DNA from: an uncultured Syntrophomonadaceae bacterium
GTDB taxonomy: Bacteria > Bacillota > Dethiobacteria > DTU022 > PWGO01
NCBI GenBank assembly: GCA_964636865.1
Contig: CAZWVJ010000001.1
Span: 118,687 to 182,686 of the forward strand
Direction: 5' to 3'
DNA length: 64,000 bases
Part shown: piece by piece, positions 20,581-30,904 of the stretch
Position numbering within the stretch: position 1 is the stretch's first letter
Layout of the letters: every line of letters starts with the position of its first letter
The notes under the pieces: generated by a model
The model's database searches: none
What the model was told of the DNA's origin: nothing
The model's input: the letters and a program-made list of their open reading frames with translations, nothing else
Made by a program: the position numbers and the translations under genes

Positions 20581-21348
20581 TTGATTGATACTCATGCTCA
20601 CCTTGATTTCCCTGATTTTAAAGAGGAAATTAACGAGGTATTGGAAAGAGCAGATCATAATGGAGTAAAGGGTGTAATTTGCATAGGAATTAGCGAAAAA
20701 TCGTCTTCTGAGGTTTTAGATATAGCCGGCCGTTATTCTCAAATTTGGGCTACTGCCGGCATACACCCGCATGATGCTAATAACGTTTCGGAAAGATATG
20801 AAGAGGTCTTGGAAAAACTTGCTTTATCTTCACAGGTAGTGGCTATCGGAGAAACCGGGCTTGATTATTTTAAAGATCGTGCTCCTCGAGAACTACAGCA
20901 AAATGTTTTTCGAGCTCAATTAAGGCTTGCTCTTAAGGTGCAGAAGCCGGTGATAATTCACTGCAGGGATGCCTATCAAGAGCTCATGAAAATCATGAAA
21001 GAGGAAAATGTCGAGCAGGTAGGCGGAATTTTACATTGTTTTTCCGGAGATGAAAATTTTGCCCGGGAAAGTCTGGAGCTTGGTTTTTATATATCCTTTG
21101 GGGGAATGGTTACTTATCCTAAAGCTCACCGCCTGCGGGAAATAGTTAAAAAAGTGCCCCTAGATCGCATTTTTGTGGAAACAGATTCTCCTTTTTTAAC
21201 TCCGCAGCCTATGCGAGGGAAAAGAAACGAACCTGCGTATGTGAGATATAACTATGATCAGATAGCTTCTTTAAAAAATATTACCAATGAAGATTTACAA
21301 ACGCACTGCCGCAGGAACTTAACCAATCTATTTGACATTACCCTTTAA
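20581..21348 (+). CDS. tatD: TatD-family metal-dependent DNase/hydrolase (YabD)
   Basis: TTG start giving MIDTHAHLD; ETGLDY and HCRDA motifs. Confidence 0.9.
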   Translation: MIDTHAHLDFPDFKEEINEVLERADHNGVKGVICIGISEKSSSEVLDIAGRYSQIWATAGIHPHDANNVSERYEEVLEKLALSSQVVAIGETGLDYFKDRAPRELQQNVFRAQLRLALKVQKPVIIHCRDAYQELMKIMKEENVEQVGGILHCFSGDENFARESLELGFYISFGGMVTYPKAHRLREIVKKVPLDRIFVETDSPFLTPQPMRGKRNEPAYVRYNYDQIASLKNITNEDLQTHCRRNLTNLFDITL

Positions 21349-21543
21349 AATATTATATTAAAATACATGTTAAGTTAGATAGTTTTTTAATGTTGTGAAT
21401 ATCCGGTTGATAAAGGTTAAGCCATTAGTATTGATTTGCTTATACAAGAAATATGTTTGACAAATAATTTTATGTGATTATAATGTTAAGGAGTAAATAG
21501 TATAATAATAAGTAATTATTAATAAAGGTGGTATTTAATAAAA

Positions 21544-22596
21544 ATGCCGGCTGATTTAAAAGAATCATTAAACAACAGAATTCATCGTGAAAATAATTTT
21601 CGTAAGTGGCTGCGCTTTTTTCCGCTGACTTTGTTTTTAGTTTTAGTTGGGTTAGGAATAGCTTTGCTTTACTTGTGGGTTGTGCAACCGGTAAGTATTT
21701 ATGTTGATGGTGAACTGTATAAAGAAATAAAGACTGTTAGTAGAACAGTAGAAGAAGTCCTTGATGAAGTGGATTTAGAACTACATTCCCAGGATAAAAT
21801 ATCTCCGGGAACTGATGAATTTATATCTCGCAATGATAACATTGAAATTTTAAAGGCTTTTCCGGTGCTGGTGAATGCTGATAATGGTATAGAAAGAGTA
21901 TGGACAACGACTTCAACAGTGGAGGAGTTATTGAAAGAGGAAGACTTGGAATTAAGAGAATATGACGAAGTTGAGCCGGGACTACGTGAAAAATTAGAAC
22001 CGTATGATGAAATAAAGATTACCAGGATAGATAAAGTGTATGAAACCGAAGAAAAAACTATTCCTTATGAAACAGTTTATAAAGATAACCCTAACCTTGA
22101 CCGCGGTAGAAACAGGGTAGTTTCCCCGGGAGAAGAAGGAGTTAAAGAAAAAAAGATTGAAGTTGTTTATGAAAATGGAGATGAAGTAGAAAGTTCCGTA
22201 GTGGAAGAAAATATAGTTGCGCCCCCTGAGGAAAAAATCGTAGAAAGGGGGACCAGAACCACTGTTCCGGGAAAACCGGTGGAATTCGAGAGGTCACTCA
22301 ATGTGCAAGCAACGGCATATTGCGCCAATGATCCCTCGGCAGGAACCACCGGTAGAACTGCTACAGGAAGAAGGGCAGTTCCTGGAGCCGGCAGCAGGGA
22401 GAACCCCCACATTATTGCCGTTGATCCCCGGGTGATTCCTCTGGGCACTGAGGTTTATATTGAAGGTTACGGCTATGCCGTTGCTCAGGATACAGGAGGA
22501 GCGATTAAAGGGGAAAGGATAGATTTATTGGTTGGTTCTCAGCAAGCTGCTTATAGTTTTGGTCGAAGAAATTTAAAAATATATATACTTCCTTGA
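21544..22596 (+). CDS. YabE-like cell-wall-associated protein (DUF348/G5/3D domains)
   Basis: N-terminal TM segment; repeated lysine/glutamate-rich G5-like region; C-terminal 3D domain (YGYAVAQDTGGAIKGERIDL); synteny between tatD and ksgA. Confidence 0.75.
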   Translation: MPADLKESLNNRIHRENNFRKWLRFFPLTLFLVLVGLGIALLYLWVVQPVSIYVDGELYKEIKTVSRTVEEVLDEVDLELHSQDKISPGTDEFISRNDNIEILKAFPVLVNADNGIERVWTTTSTVEELLKEEDLELREYDEVEPGLREKLEPYDEIKITRIDKVYETEEKTIPYETVYKDNPNLDRGRNRVVSPGEEGVKEKKIEVVYENGDEVESSVVEENIVAPPEEKIVERGTRTTVPGKPVEFERSLNVQATAYCANDPSAGTTGRTATGRRAVPGAGSRENPHIIAVDPRVIPLGTEVYIEGYGYAVAQDTGGAIKGERIDLLVGSQQAAYSFGRRNLKIYILP

Positions 22597-22682
22597 ATTT
22601 TCCTTGAAATTTTGTGCTTTTGATAATATTTTATTAAAGATTGAAAGAAAGGCTTTGCGAATAAAATATCACTAAATATCTT

Positions 22683-23543
22683 ATGGAAGAAATAAATATA
22701 GATTCTCCCCGTCAAATTAAAAAGATTCTTGAAGACTTTTGCCTCCATCCTCATAGGAAATGGGGGCAAAATTTTCTTGCTGATAGTAATATTGTAAAGA
22801 AAATATTAACTGAAGTTGATTTAAATCATAATGAATGTGTTATTGAAATAGGTCCCGGTTTAGGTGCATTAACTTTGCCTATGGCAAAAAATTCTGTCTT
22901 TATACTTGCTATTGAAATAGACAGGGGATTGGTAGATTTTTTAAAAAGGTTATTGGGGGCTTATGATAATATATACATACTGGAAGGTGATATCCGAAAA
23001 ATTGATAATTCGCGTTTAAGGAGTTTTCTTGATGGGGAAGGAAAACCGGTAAAAATTGTAGCCAACTTACCTTATTATATCACTTCCCCATTTGTTTATC
23101 GGCTTTTTGAAGAAGAAATTTACTGGGAAAAAGCTGTGCTAATGATGCAGAAAGAAATGGCATTTAAGCTTCAAGCATCTCCCGGTTCTTATTATTACGG
23201 CAGCCTTTCTGTATTATGCAACTACTTTACACATATAAGCGCTCCATTTAATGTTTCTTCAAATGTTTTTTATCCTGCTCCTCAGGTAGATTCAACTTTA
23301 GTGGTATTGGAGCCTAAAGAAAAGAGGGAGCTTTTAAATCTGGAAAAAGAATATATTAAACTTGTTTCAGAAGTATTCCGCTATCGGAGAAAGACTATGC
23401 TAAACTCTTTAAGTTATTATTTAAAATGGGAAAGAGCTCTGATCAAAAAAGTTCTACTCGAAGCAGAAATTGATCCTCAACAACGTCCGGATTCAATATC
23501 ATATGAAAAATTTGCAAACCTCTGCAGCTTAATTTATAATTAG
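22683..23543 (+). CDS. rsmA: 16S rRNA (adenine1518/1519-N6)-dimethyltransferase
   Basis: KWGQNFL SAM motif, VIEIGPGLGALT, NLPYYITSP. Confidence 0.93.
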   Translation: MEEINIDSPRQIKKILEDFCLHPHRKWGQNFLADSNIVKKILTEVDLNHNECVIEIGPGLGALTLPMAKNSVFILAIEIDRGLVDFLKRLLGAYDNIYILEGDIRKIDNSRLRSFLDGEGKPVKIVANLPYYITSPFVYRLFEEEIYWEKAVLMMQKEMAFKLQASPGSYYYGSLSVLCNYFTHISAPFNVSSNVFYPAPQVDSTLVVLEPKEKRELLNLEKEYIKLVSEVFRYRRKTMLNSLSYYLKWERALIKKVLLEAEIDPQQRPDSISYEKFANLCSLIYN

Positions 23544-23632
23544 GTACGTAGTGTAGCCATGATTAAGATTATGTTAACAATATAAATAGCAAAATAAAAA
23601 TTTATAACTTATCTTAAAGAAAGGCTAGCAAA

Positions 23633-24109
23633 ATGAGTTTTTATAGTCCAACGAAAGGTAATATGTCTTTTGATGCAGTTTTTGAAGATATGATTTCCTA
23701 CATGAATCAAAATTATCAAGAAACATATAAATTAATTATTGGTTCAGATTCCCATGCTTATCTGGATGAAGGTATTACTTTTGTTACAGCCATTGTTATT
23801 CACCGGGTAGGAAAAGGGGGCCGGTATTATTTTACCAAACAGAAAAAACGTTTCATGGAAAGCATACGTCAACGTATCTTTTACGAAACCTCTTTAAGTT
23901 TAGAAGTGGCTAGTCGTTTAACAGAAAATCTTTCCAATAATGGTTATGCTGATCTAAATATTGAAATTCATCTGGATATAGGCGAAAAAGGGGAAACAAG
24001 AGAAATTATAAGAGAAGTTGTAGGGATGGTTATAGGTAGTGGTTATGATGCCCGAATCAAACCGGATTCTTATGGAGCAACGAAAGTTGCCGATAAATAT
24101 ACCAAATAA
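23633..24109 (+). CDS. YkuK/DUF458-like RNase-H-fold protein
   Basis: 158 aa; SPTKGNMSF...LIIGSDSH N-terminal motif resembles the YkuK family (from memory). Occupies the slot between ksgA and veg. Confidence 0.5.
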   Translation: MSFYSPTKGNMSFDAVFEDMISYMNQNYQETYKLIIGSDSHAYLDEGITFVTAIVIHRVGKGGRYYFTKQKKRFMESIRQRIFYETSLSLEVASRLTENLSNNGYADLNIEIHLDIGEKGETREIIREVVGMVIGSGYDARIKPDSYGATKVADKYTK

Positions 24110-24139
24110 TAAATTTTTTGGATATTTAAGAAGTTTTGT

Positions 24140-24172
24140 TTGACAATTAAGTATAAGGTATGGTACTATACT
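24140..24172 (+). promoter_or_regulatory. Strong sigma-A-type promoter for veg
   Basis: tttgacaattaagtataaggtatggtactatact: TTGACA followed by TACTAT/TATACT at 18-21 nt spacing. Confidence 0.5.
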
Positions 24173-24233
24173 CTTGTGTGAATGTGTAAAGAAAATAATT
24201 TTTATTATTTTATATATATCGAGGTGAAGGACT

Positions 24234-24500
24234 TTGGGAAAAGATGTACTCGGTGAGATTCGTCAAAAGCTGGAGTGCCGGGTTGGAGAGCACATAAAGT
24301 TGAAAGCTAACAGGGGCCGCAGAAAAACGTTTGAAAAGGAAGGAGTATTAGAAAGTACTTATCCTTCAATATTTGTGATTAGAGTAGATGAATCAAATTA
24401 TTACCAAAGATTTACTTTTAGTTATGCTGATGTTTTAACGGAGACAGTCGAGCTTAGTTTTTATAATGATAATGTGATGTTTGCACCGGAAATAAAATAA
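24234..24500 (+). CDS. veg: Veg protein (biofilm/sporulation-associated small protein)
   Basis: LKANRGRRKT...YPSIFVI...FSYADVLTETVEL closely matches B. subtilis Veg; TTG start. Confidence 0.9.
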   Translation: MGKDVLGEIRQKLECRVGEHIKLKANRGRRKTFEKEGVLESTYPSIFVIRVDESNYYQRFTFSYADVLTETVELSFYNDNVMFAPEIK

Positions 24501-24532
24501 AAAATTGATGAATAATCTATAGTAATTAGCTA

Positions 24533-24561
24533 GGAGCCTTAAATTTTAAGGCTCTTTTTTA
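24533..24561 (+). terminator. Rho-independent terminator after veg
   Basis: Stem gagccttaaa / tttaaggctc followed by tttttt. Confidence 0.75.
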
Positions 24562-24677
24562 TGTGGTAAATAGAATTTTAAATCCCTAACTTACTTAATT
24601 AAAAGGATTTCAAAATAAAAGGTGGAATAATTATGCGTATAAAGTTGAAAAATTTAATTTAAACGGGATTAGTTTTT

Positions 24678-25529
24678 ATGATAGCTAAATCATGGGCAAA
24701 AGTAAATTTAGGTTTAATAATTCATAGCCAAAGAGAAGATGGGTATCATGAAATTGAAACTGTTATGCAACAAATCGGGCTATGTGATTATCTTGAATTT
24801 CAAGAAAATAATAATGAAATAGAAGTAACTACTGTGGGGGGGGGTATACCTGAAAAAGACAATTTAGTTTACAAGGCAGCAGTTCTGTTACAACAAAATT
24901 ATTCTATTTCACAGGGCATAAAGGTCAATGTTTATAAAAATATACCTATAGGAGCAGGCTTGGGTGGAGGAAGCGGAAATGCTGCTGTTGCTCTTGCTGG
25001 CCTATGCAAGAAATGGAAGGTTAATTTATCTCTTGAAGACTTGTTTGGAATTGCTGAGAGATTGGGAGCAGATGTCCCCTTTTTCCTGATGGGGGGAACA
25101 GTTTTAGCAAAGGGGAAGGGGGAAAAACTTAAATCTTTGCCGCAGCTGCCTTTTTTTGGCGTGGTTCTTGCCAGGCCTTGTGGGTTATCTATTTCTACGG
25201 GAGAAATATACAATAAGATTTCACTAAATATTCCTCCCGCTAAAATTTCTTATGATGGTTTTATTAATTCTTTGAAAGCAAAAGACAAGAAGGCAATACT
25301 AAACTGGATGGCCAGGGAGAATATGAATATGTTTGAAGAAGTAATTCTAAAAGATTATCCTTCTTTGTTTCATCTTAAAGATCTTTTCAAAAAAATTGGC
25401 CTGACACCTATAATTTCGGGAAGTGGACCTTCTGTTTTTGCAATGACTTCTACGCTAAAAAATGCTATGGAAGCAGCTAATTTTCTTGAGCAATTTGGTT
25501 ATCAAGCTTGGGCAAGTTGGACCTTATAG
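24678..25529 (+). CDS. ispE: 4-diphosphocytidyl-2-C-methyl-D-erythritol kinase
   Basis: AKVNLGL N-terminus; GHMP kinase motif PIGAGLGGGSGNAAVAL. Confidence 0.92.
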   Translation: MIAKSWAKVNLGLIIHSQREDGYHEIETVMQQIGLCDYLEFQENNNEIEVTTVGGGIPEKDNLVYKAAVLLQQNYSISQGIKVNVYKNIPIGAGLGGGSGNAAVALAGLCKKWKVNLSLEDLFGIAERLGADVPFFLMGGTVLAKGKGEKLKSLPQLPFFGVVLARPCGLSISTGEIYNKISLNIPPAKISYDGFINSLKAKDKKAILNWMARENMNMFEEVILKDYPSLFHLKDLFKKIGLTPIISGSGPSVFAMTSTLKNAMEAANFLEQFGYQAWASWTL

Positions 25530-25562
25530 CAGTCAACCTTAAAAAATGGGAGAGTAGATATA

Positions 25563-26318
25563 TTGTTTAATGCTGTTATATTAGCCGGATCATCTGCAAA
25601 GGGAGATTTAGAGAAGCAGGAACAAGTAGAGAATAAAGCTTTCATTTATGTTAATAGTTTGACCATGATAGAAACAATTTTGGTGACCTTGGAGAAAGTA
25701 GAACATATAGATAATATTGCTGTTGTCGGACCTCCTGATGATTTAAATGAAATTAAAAATAAAGGTTATATTTTTGAAATAGTAGAGCAGCAAGAAAGTT
25801 ACCTGGAAAATATTGTAGCGGGATTAGAGAAATTGGATTTGGATAAACCTTGTATTGTAGTTTCGGCAGATATCCCCTTGATAACGCAGGAGTCAGTTGA
25901 AGATTTTCTGGCGCGTTGTGCACCTTATGATCAAGATTTTTATTATCCGATAATTTCTAAAGAAGATTGTGAGAAGAAATTTCCCGAGGTTAAGCGAACT
26001 TATGTAAGATTGAAAGAAGGCACTTTTACGGGTGGTAATATAATGATGATTAAACCCAGTTGGATATTAAATAAAATTGAGGATATCCAGATGTACCTTT
26101 CTTACCGTAAACGACCCTGGAAAATAATTCGCACACTTCCCTATCTTTTAATTGTTAAATTTTTAATTCGTCGTTTGACCATAGAAGACTTAGAGCGATA
26201 TGTTTCTCAACTTATGAATATGAATGCACGGGCAATAGCTTCGTCATATGTGGAAATAGCTGTGGATGTTGATAAGATAGAAGATCTTGCTTTAGTAAAA
26301 AAATATTTTAAAATATAA
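25563..26318 (+). CDS. Nucleotidyltransferase-fold protein (MobA-like NTP_transf_3 family), function unknown
   Basis: N-terminal AVILAGSSAKG motif like the GT-A nucleotidyltransferase P-loop. Occupies the position of purR in Bacillus. Confidence 0.55.
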   Translation: MFNAVILAGSSAKGDLEKQEQVENKAFIYVNSLTMIETILVTLEKVEHIDNIAVVGPPDDLNEIKNKGYIFEIVEQQESYLENIVAGLEKLDLDKPCIVVSADIPLITQESVEDFLARCAPYDQDFYYPIISKEDCEKKFPEVKRTYVRLKEGTFTGGNIMMIKPSWILNKIEDIQMYLSYRKRPWKIIRTLPYLLIVKFLIRRLTIEDLERYVSQLMNMNARAIASSYVEIAVDVDKIEDLALVKKYFKI

Positions 26319-26474
26319 AGCATTTAAAGGTATCAGGCCTTGACATTAAAACAAAAAAATTGGGTCAAGAATGAATGAGGAAAATATGATTTGTTGAGAA
26401 GGAGTTTAGAATAACTTGTTGAAGTAAAGGAAAGCTATAAAAATTATGTTTGTTCTTATCGGAGGTGCAAAAGC

Positions 26475-26786
26475 TTGGATATTACTGATGTAAGAGTTAG
26501 AAAAATTAATAAAGAGGGTAGAATGAAAGCGATTGTATCTATTACCTTAAATGATCAATTGGTAATACATGATGTTAGAGTTATTGAAGGAAATAGTGGA
26601 TTGTTTGTAGCCATGCCAAGTAAAAAGACATCTTCCGGAGATTTTAAAGACATTGCCCATCCCATTAATTCAGAAGCAAGAGCTTATATAGAAAAAAAAG
26701 TAATTGATGCTTATCAAACGGAATTAGTAGAAGAAATAGAAGAAGAAAAGGTAGAATATGGAGAAGAATACGGAGAAATTAATTAG
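26475..26786 (+). CDS. spoVG: Septation/sporulation regulator SpoVG
   Basis: TTG start; [25 protein letters not shown]...[10 protein letters not shown]...[11 protein letters not shown], near-identical to Bacillus SpoVG. Confidence 0.93.
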   Translation: MDITDVRVRKINKEGRMKAIVSITLNDQLVIHDVRVIEGNSGLFVAMPSKKTSSGDFKDIAHPINSEARAYIEKKVIDAYQTELVEEIEEEKVEYGEEYGEIN

Positions 26787-26815
26787 AATAATTGGTAAAT
26801 ATTAAATTTTTTAAT

Positions 26816-26842
26816 CAGGAGTTGTAAACTCCTTTTTTATTG
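26816..26842 (+). terminator. Rho-independent terminator after spoVG
   Basis: aggagttgtaaactcct followed by tttttat. Confidence 0.7.
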
Positions 26843-26945
26843 AGTTCATTTAAATTATGCATTACTTATGATTAAACAGGTAAAAAAACTGATTTGTATT
26901 GTTTTGTAGAATATAATTGATTCTGGGTGTTAGGGGGGAAATTAT

Positions 26946-28319
26946 ATGGATTACTTGGGAGCACTAATACTGGCTGCGGGTCAAGGCACACGCATGAAGT
27001 CTAATGTTCCCAAAGTACTGCACAATCTTTGTGGTAAACCCATGATTCAGCACGTTCTGGATAATACCACCAACATAACGGACAATATATCTTTAGTAAT
27101 TGGATATCAAGGAGAAAAGATAAAGGAATATTTAAGTAAAACTAATTATTACAATATTGAATTTGTATATCAGGAAAAACAACTCGGAACCGGTGACGCA
27201 GTGAAAATTGCTCAAGATTTATTGCCTGATTCCGGGAAGGTTATAGTCCTTTGTGGAGACACCCCGTTAATTTCTGCAGAATCTCTGAAAGGCCTTTTTC
27301 AAAGGGGTGATGAGCATGACGCGGTTATCTTAACGGCTAAAGTGCCTGATCCTTTTGGTTACGGAAGGATTATTCGTGATAGCGACAACCGGGTAACTTC
27401 TATAACGGAAGCAAAAAATCTTACTTCCAACCAAATAGAAATAAATGAAATTAATACAGGAACTTATTGTTTTGACATTGAACAATTAAAGAAGTATCTA
27501 CCACAACTGAAGGCAGATAGTACTAAAGGAGAGTATTATCTTACAGATGTTATTTCTCTTATGGTTAAAGAAAATCATTCAGTAGGCACCTTACTCCTTG
27601 ATGATTATCGGGAAGGCTTGGGAATTAATGATTTGTCCCAATTAGCGGAAGCAGCAAAGGTTATGAGAAATAAAATAAATTATAATCTGATGTTAGAAGG
27701 GGTCACAATTGTTGATCCGGACTCCACCTACATTGATAAAGAGGTTTCTATCGGAAATGATACTATTATATATCCACAAACTTTAATCGAGGGCGAAACG
27801 GAAATAGGGAGCGATTGCCAGATAGGTCCTAATACAACAATTAAAGATACTACTATAAAAGATAAGGTGATGCTAAAAAATTCGGTGGTGGAAGAATGTA
27901 TTATAAGAGAAGAATCTAAAATAGGGCCTTTTGCTTATTTAAGGCCCGGAACGGATATTGGTTGTGGGGTAAAAATCGGCGACTTTGTGGAAGTAAAGAA
28001 CTCTAATATTGCAAGTGGCAGCAAAGTTCCTCATCTAAGTTATGTTGGAGACGCCGATATAGAGGAAGGAGTTAATTTTGGCGCCGGAACGATAGTTGTT
28101 AATTATGACGGGGTCAATAAACATCGTACCCTGGTAGCCAAAAATTCTTTTATTGGATGCAACAGTAACTTAATTGCTCCGATAAAAATAGGAGAAGGAT
28201 CTTATATAGCGGCCGGTTCTACTATTAATAAAGATGTTACCGAAGGTTGCGTAGCTTTTGCGCGTTGTCGTCAGGAAAATAAGCCCGGATTGGCTAAAAG
28301 ATTTTTAAAGAAAGAATGA
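26946..28319 (+). CDS. glmU: Bifunctional UDP-N-acetylglucosamine pyrophosphorylase / glucosamine-1-phosphate N-acetyltransferase
   Basis: LAAGQGTRMKS pyrophosphorylase motif; C-terminal left-handed beta-helix hexapeptide repeats. Confidence 0.95.
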   Translation: MDYLGALILAAGQGTRMKSNVPKVLHNLCGKPMIQHVLDNTTNITDNISLVIGYQGEKIKEYLSKTNYYNIEFVYQEKQLGTGDAVKIAQDLLPDSGKVIVLCGDTPLISAESLKGLFQRGDEHDAVILTAKVPDPFGYGRIIRDSDNRVTSITEAKNLTSNQIEINEINTGTYCFDIEQLKKYLPQLKADSTKGEYYLTDVISLMVKENHSVGTLLLDDYREGLGINDLSQLAEAAKVMRNKINYNLMLEGVTIVDPDSTYIDKEVSIGNDTIIYPQTLIEGETEIGSDCQIGPNTTIKDTTIKDKVMLKNSVVEECIIREESKIGPFAYLRPGTDIGCGVKIGDFVEVKNSNIASGSKVPHLSYVGDADIEEGVNFGAGTIVVNYDGVNKHRTLVAKNSFIGCNSNLIAPIKIGEGSYIAAGSTINKDVTEGCVAFARCRQENKPGLAKRFLKKE

Positions 28320-28435
28320 TTAATAAGAGAGCATTATTATTTTTGCTCAGCAATTAAACATATTTTAGACAAATCAATTGCCGGTTTTTCCTATTATTTG
28401 TGTGGAAAAATAAATTTTAAGGGGAGGTTTTTTAT

Positions 28436-29407
28436 TTGCCGGAATGCGATAATAACATCAAAATTTTTAGTGGAACAGCTAATCTCCCATTGGCCCAAGA
28501 AATTGCTGAATATGTGGGTAAACCCTTGGGAAAGTCATCGCTTAATTATGTTAGTGATGGTGAAATTACTATTCGTATAGAAGAAAATGCCAGAGGAACA
28601 GACTCCTTTATTGTTCAACCCCTGTGTATGCCTGCCAACGAAAATATTATGGAATTACTTATATTGTTGGATGCTTTAAAGCGCGCATCTGCCAGGTCTG
28701 TGAACGTAGTAGTACCATATTATGGTTATGCCCGTCAGGATCGCAAGGCCAGAGCACGTGATCCGATTACCGCTAAGCTGGTTGCAGATCTACTGACTGC
28801 TGCCGGTGCAAGTCGTGTAATTGCTATGGATTTACATGCCGGGCAAATCCAGGGATTTTTCAATATTCCATTTGATCATTTGACGGCTATTACCATTTTA
28901 GGTAGGTATTTCCGGGACAAGGAGGTTGAAGAAGGGGTAGTGGTTTCTCCTGATCTTGGAGGAGTTACAAGGGCCAGGGATCTTGCTAATTATTTGAATA
29001 CGGATATTGCTGTTATAGATAAAAGAAGAAATGCCCCTAATGAATCAGAAGTTATGAATGTTATTGGAGACGTTAAAGGAAGATCAGCTATATTAATTGA
29101 TGATATAATTGATACGGCAGGAACTATAGTGAGGGGTGCTGATGCTTTATTAGAGCAAGGAGCTAAAGAAGTTTTTGCTTGTTGTACTCATCCGGTTTTT
29201 TCCGGGCCTGCTTTAGAAAGGTTATGTTCTTCTGTGTTAAAGGAAATAGTTATTACAAACACTATTCCTTTGCACGATGAACGCTGTAAAACTGATAGGT
29301 TTAAAGTTTTGTCAGTAGCTCCTTTAGTGGGTGAAGCAATTATACGCATTCACCAACAACGCTCTGTAAGTGAGCTTTTTGAGGATACTAAAGAAAAAAC
29401 AAATTAA
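28436..29407 (+). CDS. prs: Ribose-phosphate pyrophosphokinase
   Basis: TTG start after the AAGGGGAGG RBS; KIFSGTAN, the PRPP-binding loop and DLHA motifs. Confidence 0.93.
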   Translation: MPECDNNIKIFSGTANLPLAQEIAEYVGKPLGKSSLNYVSDGEITIRIEENARGTDSFIVQPLCMPANENIMELLILLDALKRASARSVNVVVPYYGYARQDRKARARDPITAKLVADLLTAAGASRVIAMDLHAGQIQGFFNIPFDHLTAITILGRYFRDKEVEEGVVVSPDLGGVTRARDLANYLNTDIAVIDKRRNAPNESEVMNVIGDVKGRSAILIDDIIDTAGTIVRGADALLEQGAKEVFACCTHPVFSGPALERLCSSVLKEIVITNTIPLHDERCKTDRFKVLSVAPLVGEAIIRIHQQRSVSELFEDTKEKTN

Positions 29408-29553
29408 GAAGTAAGTAAATTATAATAGTTATATAGTTGAAATTTGTTGGGGTAGAGTAAAATAGAGGAAGAATTTTCTTAAAAATTGACGCATACCCCT
29501 TTCTTATTGTATACTGATATAGCTTTTTAAAGTAGATAAGGAGGGTTAAAGAG

Positions 29554-30252
29554 ATGGAAAAATTAAACCTGGAAGCAGAAATGCGATCCGGGCATAATAC
29601 AAAGGGGCAATTAAACAGCCTTCGTAAAGAGGGTTGGATTCCAGGAGTATTATATGGTCGGGGAAAAGATACCATTCCTTTAGTCATAGACGGGAAATTG
29701 GTGCGTCAAGCATTATCTTCTGAAGCCGGAGAAAACGCTGTAGTAGAATTAAAAATTAAAAACGGAAACTCGAATGAAAATATAACGGAAAATGTGATGT
29801 TTAAAGAAATTCAACGTGACATTCTAGTAAAAGATCGTCTGCTTCATGTAGATTTAATCCGCATTTCATTAACAGAAAAAATGCTGGTTAATGTTCCGGT
29901 TCAATTTGTTGGTGAATCCGAAGCACCCGGAGTAAAAGAGGGAGGACTGGTGCAAGCGTTGTTAAGAGAAGTTGAAGTTTATTGCCTCCCGGCTTCTATT
30001 CCTGAATCCCTGGAAGTGGATATTTCTCATTTGAATGTCGGGGATAGCGTAGTTGCCAATGAGTTGGTGCTTCCTGAGGGTGTGGAACTTCGGACGGATC
30101 CGGAAGAAACCTTGGCTCAGGTGCTAATGCCTAGGCAGGAAGAAGAAATAGAAGAAGAAGCAGTTGAGGACCTCACAGAAGAAGTCCTGGGAGAACCCGC
30201 TTCTGAAGAGGAAGAGCCCTCATCAGGTTCAGAGGAATCTACGGAAGAGTAA
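29554..30252 (+). CDS. rplY: 50S ribosomal protein L25 / general stress protein Ctc, with acidic C-terminal tail
   Basis: L25 N-domain (RKEGWIPGVLYG); Ctc-type C-domain; very acidic tail; synteny prs-ctc-pth. Confidence 0.9.
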   Translation: MEKLNLEAEMRSGHNTKGQLNSLRKEGWIPGVLYGRGKDTIPLVIDGKLVRQALSSEAGENAVVELKIKNGNSNENITENVMFKEIQRDILVKDRLLHVDLIRISLTEKMLVNVPVQFVGESEAPGVKEGGLVQALLREVEVYCLPASIPESLEVDISHLNVGDSVVANELVLPEGVELRTDPEETLAQVLMPRQEEEIEEEAVEDLTEEVLGEPASEEEEPSSGSEESTEE

Positions 30253-30258
30253 TAATTT

Positions 30259-30852
30259 ATGTTGAGAAAACGCAAGCAGAATTTTGCATATTTGATTGCC
30301 GGATTGGGGAATCCGGGGAAAAAATATGAAAATACACTGCATAATACCGGTTATCGGGTTATAGATAAATTAGCTCAAAAATTGAATCAAAGGAAAATTC
30401 GCAGAAAAACTTCTTACCTTTATTATGAAGCGGAACAAAATGGAATAAACTTGCTGCTCTTAAAGCCAATTACTTATATGAACTTGAGTGGAAAAGCGAT
30501 AAAGGAAGCGGTTAACCGATATCAGCTTTTTCCCGGTAATGTAATGGTAATATACGATGATATGGACTTGTCTCCCGGTGTTATTCGTGTTCGCCCTCGA
30601 GGAGGAAGTGGCGGGCACAAAGGGATGAAATCTATTATTGAAGAATTAGGAACGGGTAATTTTGCTCGCATACGTATTGGTATTGGCAAGCCTCCTGAAG
30701 GAGCGGACGCAAAAGCTTACGTTTTGGAAACTATAGAAGGTGAATTAGGGTTTAAAGTTTCTGAGGCGGAAAAAAAAGCAGCGGAAGCAGTAATGGTGGC
30801 CATAACCGAGGGAATAGAAGAAGCCATGAATAAATTTAATGTATTGTCATAG
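30259..30852 (+). CDS. pth: Peptidyl-tRNA hydrolase
   Basis: LIAGLGNPG motif and GGHKGM/NG catalytic region. Confidence 0.92.
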   Translation: MLRKRKQNFAYLIAGLGNPGKKYENTLHNTGYRVIDKLAQKLNQRKIRRKTSYLYYEAEQNGINLLLLKPITYMNLSGKAIKEAVNRYQLFPGNVMVIYDDMDLSPGVIRVRPRGGSGGHKGMKSIIEELGTGNFARIRIGIGKPPEGADAKAYVLETIEGELGFKVSEAEKKAAEAVMVAITEGIEEAMNKFNVLS

Positions 30853-30904
30853 TTAATTAATTTTGATATTATCTTAATATAATAAAATAATGATTAGTAG
30901 CAAA

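Noticed and set aside
28398-28580. 60-aa + ORF overlapping the prs start
   Set aside because: Out of frame with prs, whose TTG start with a strong RBS explains the region.
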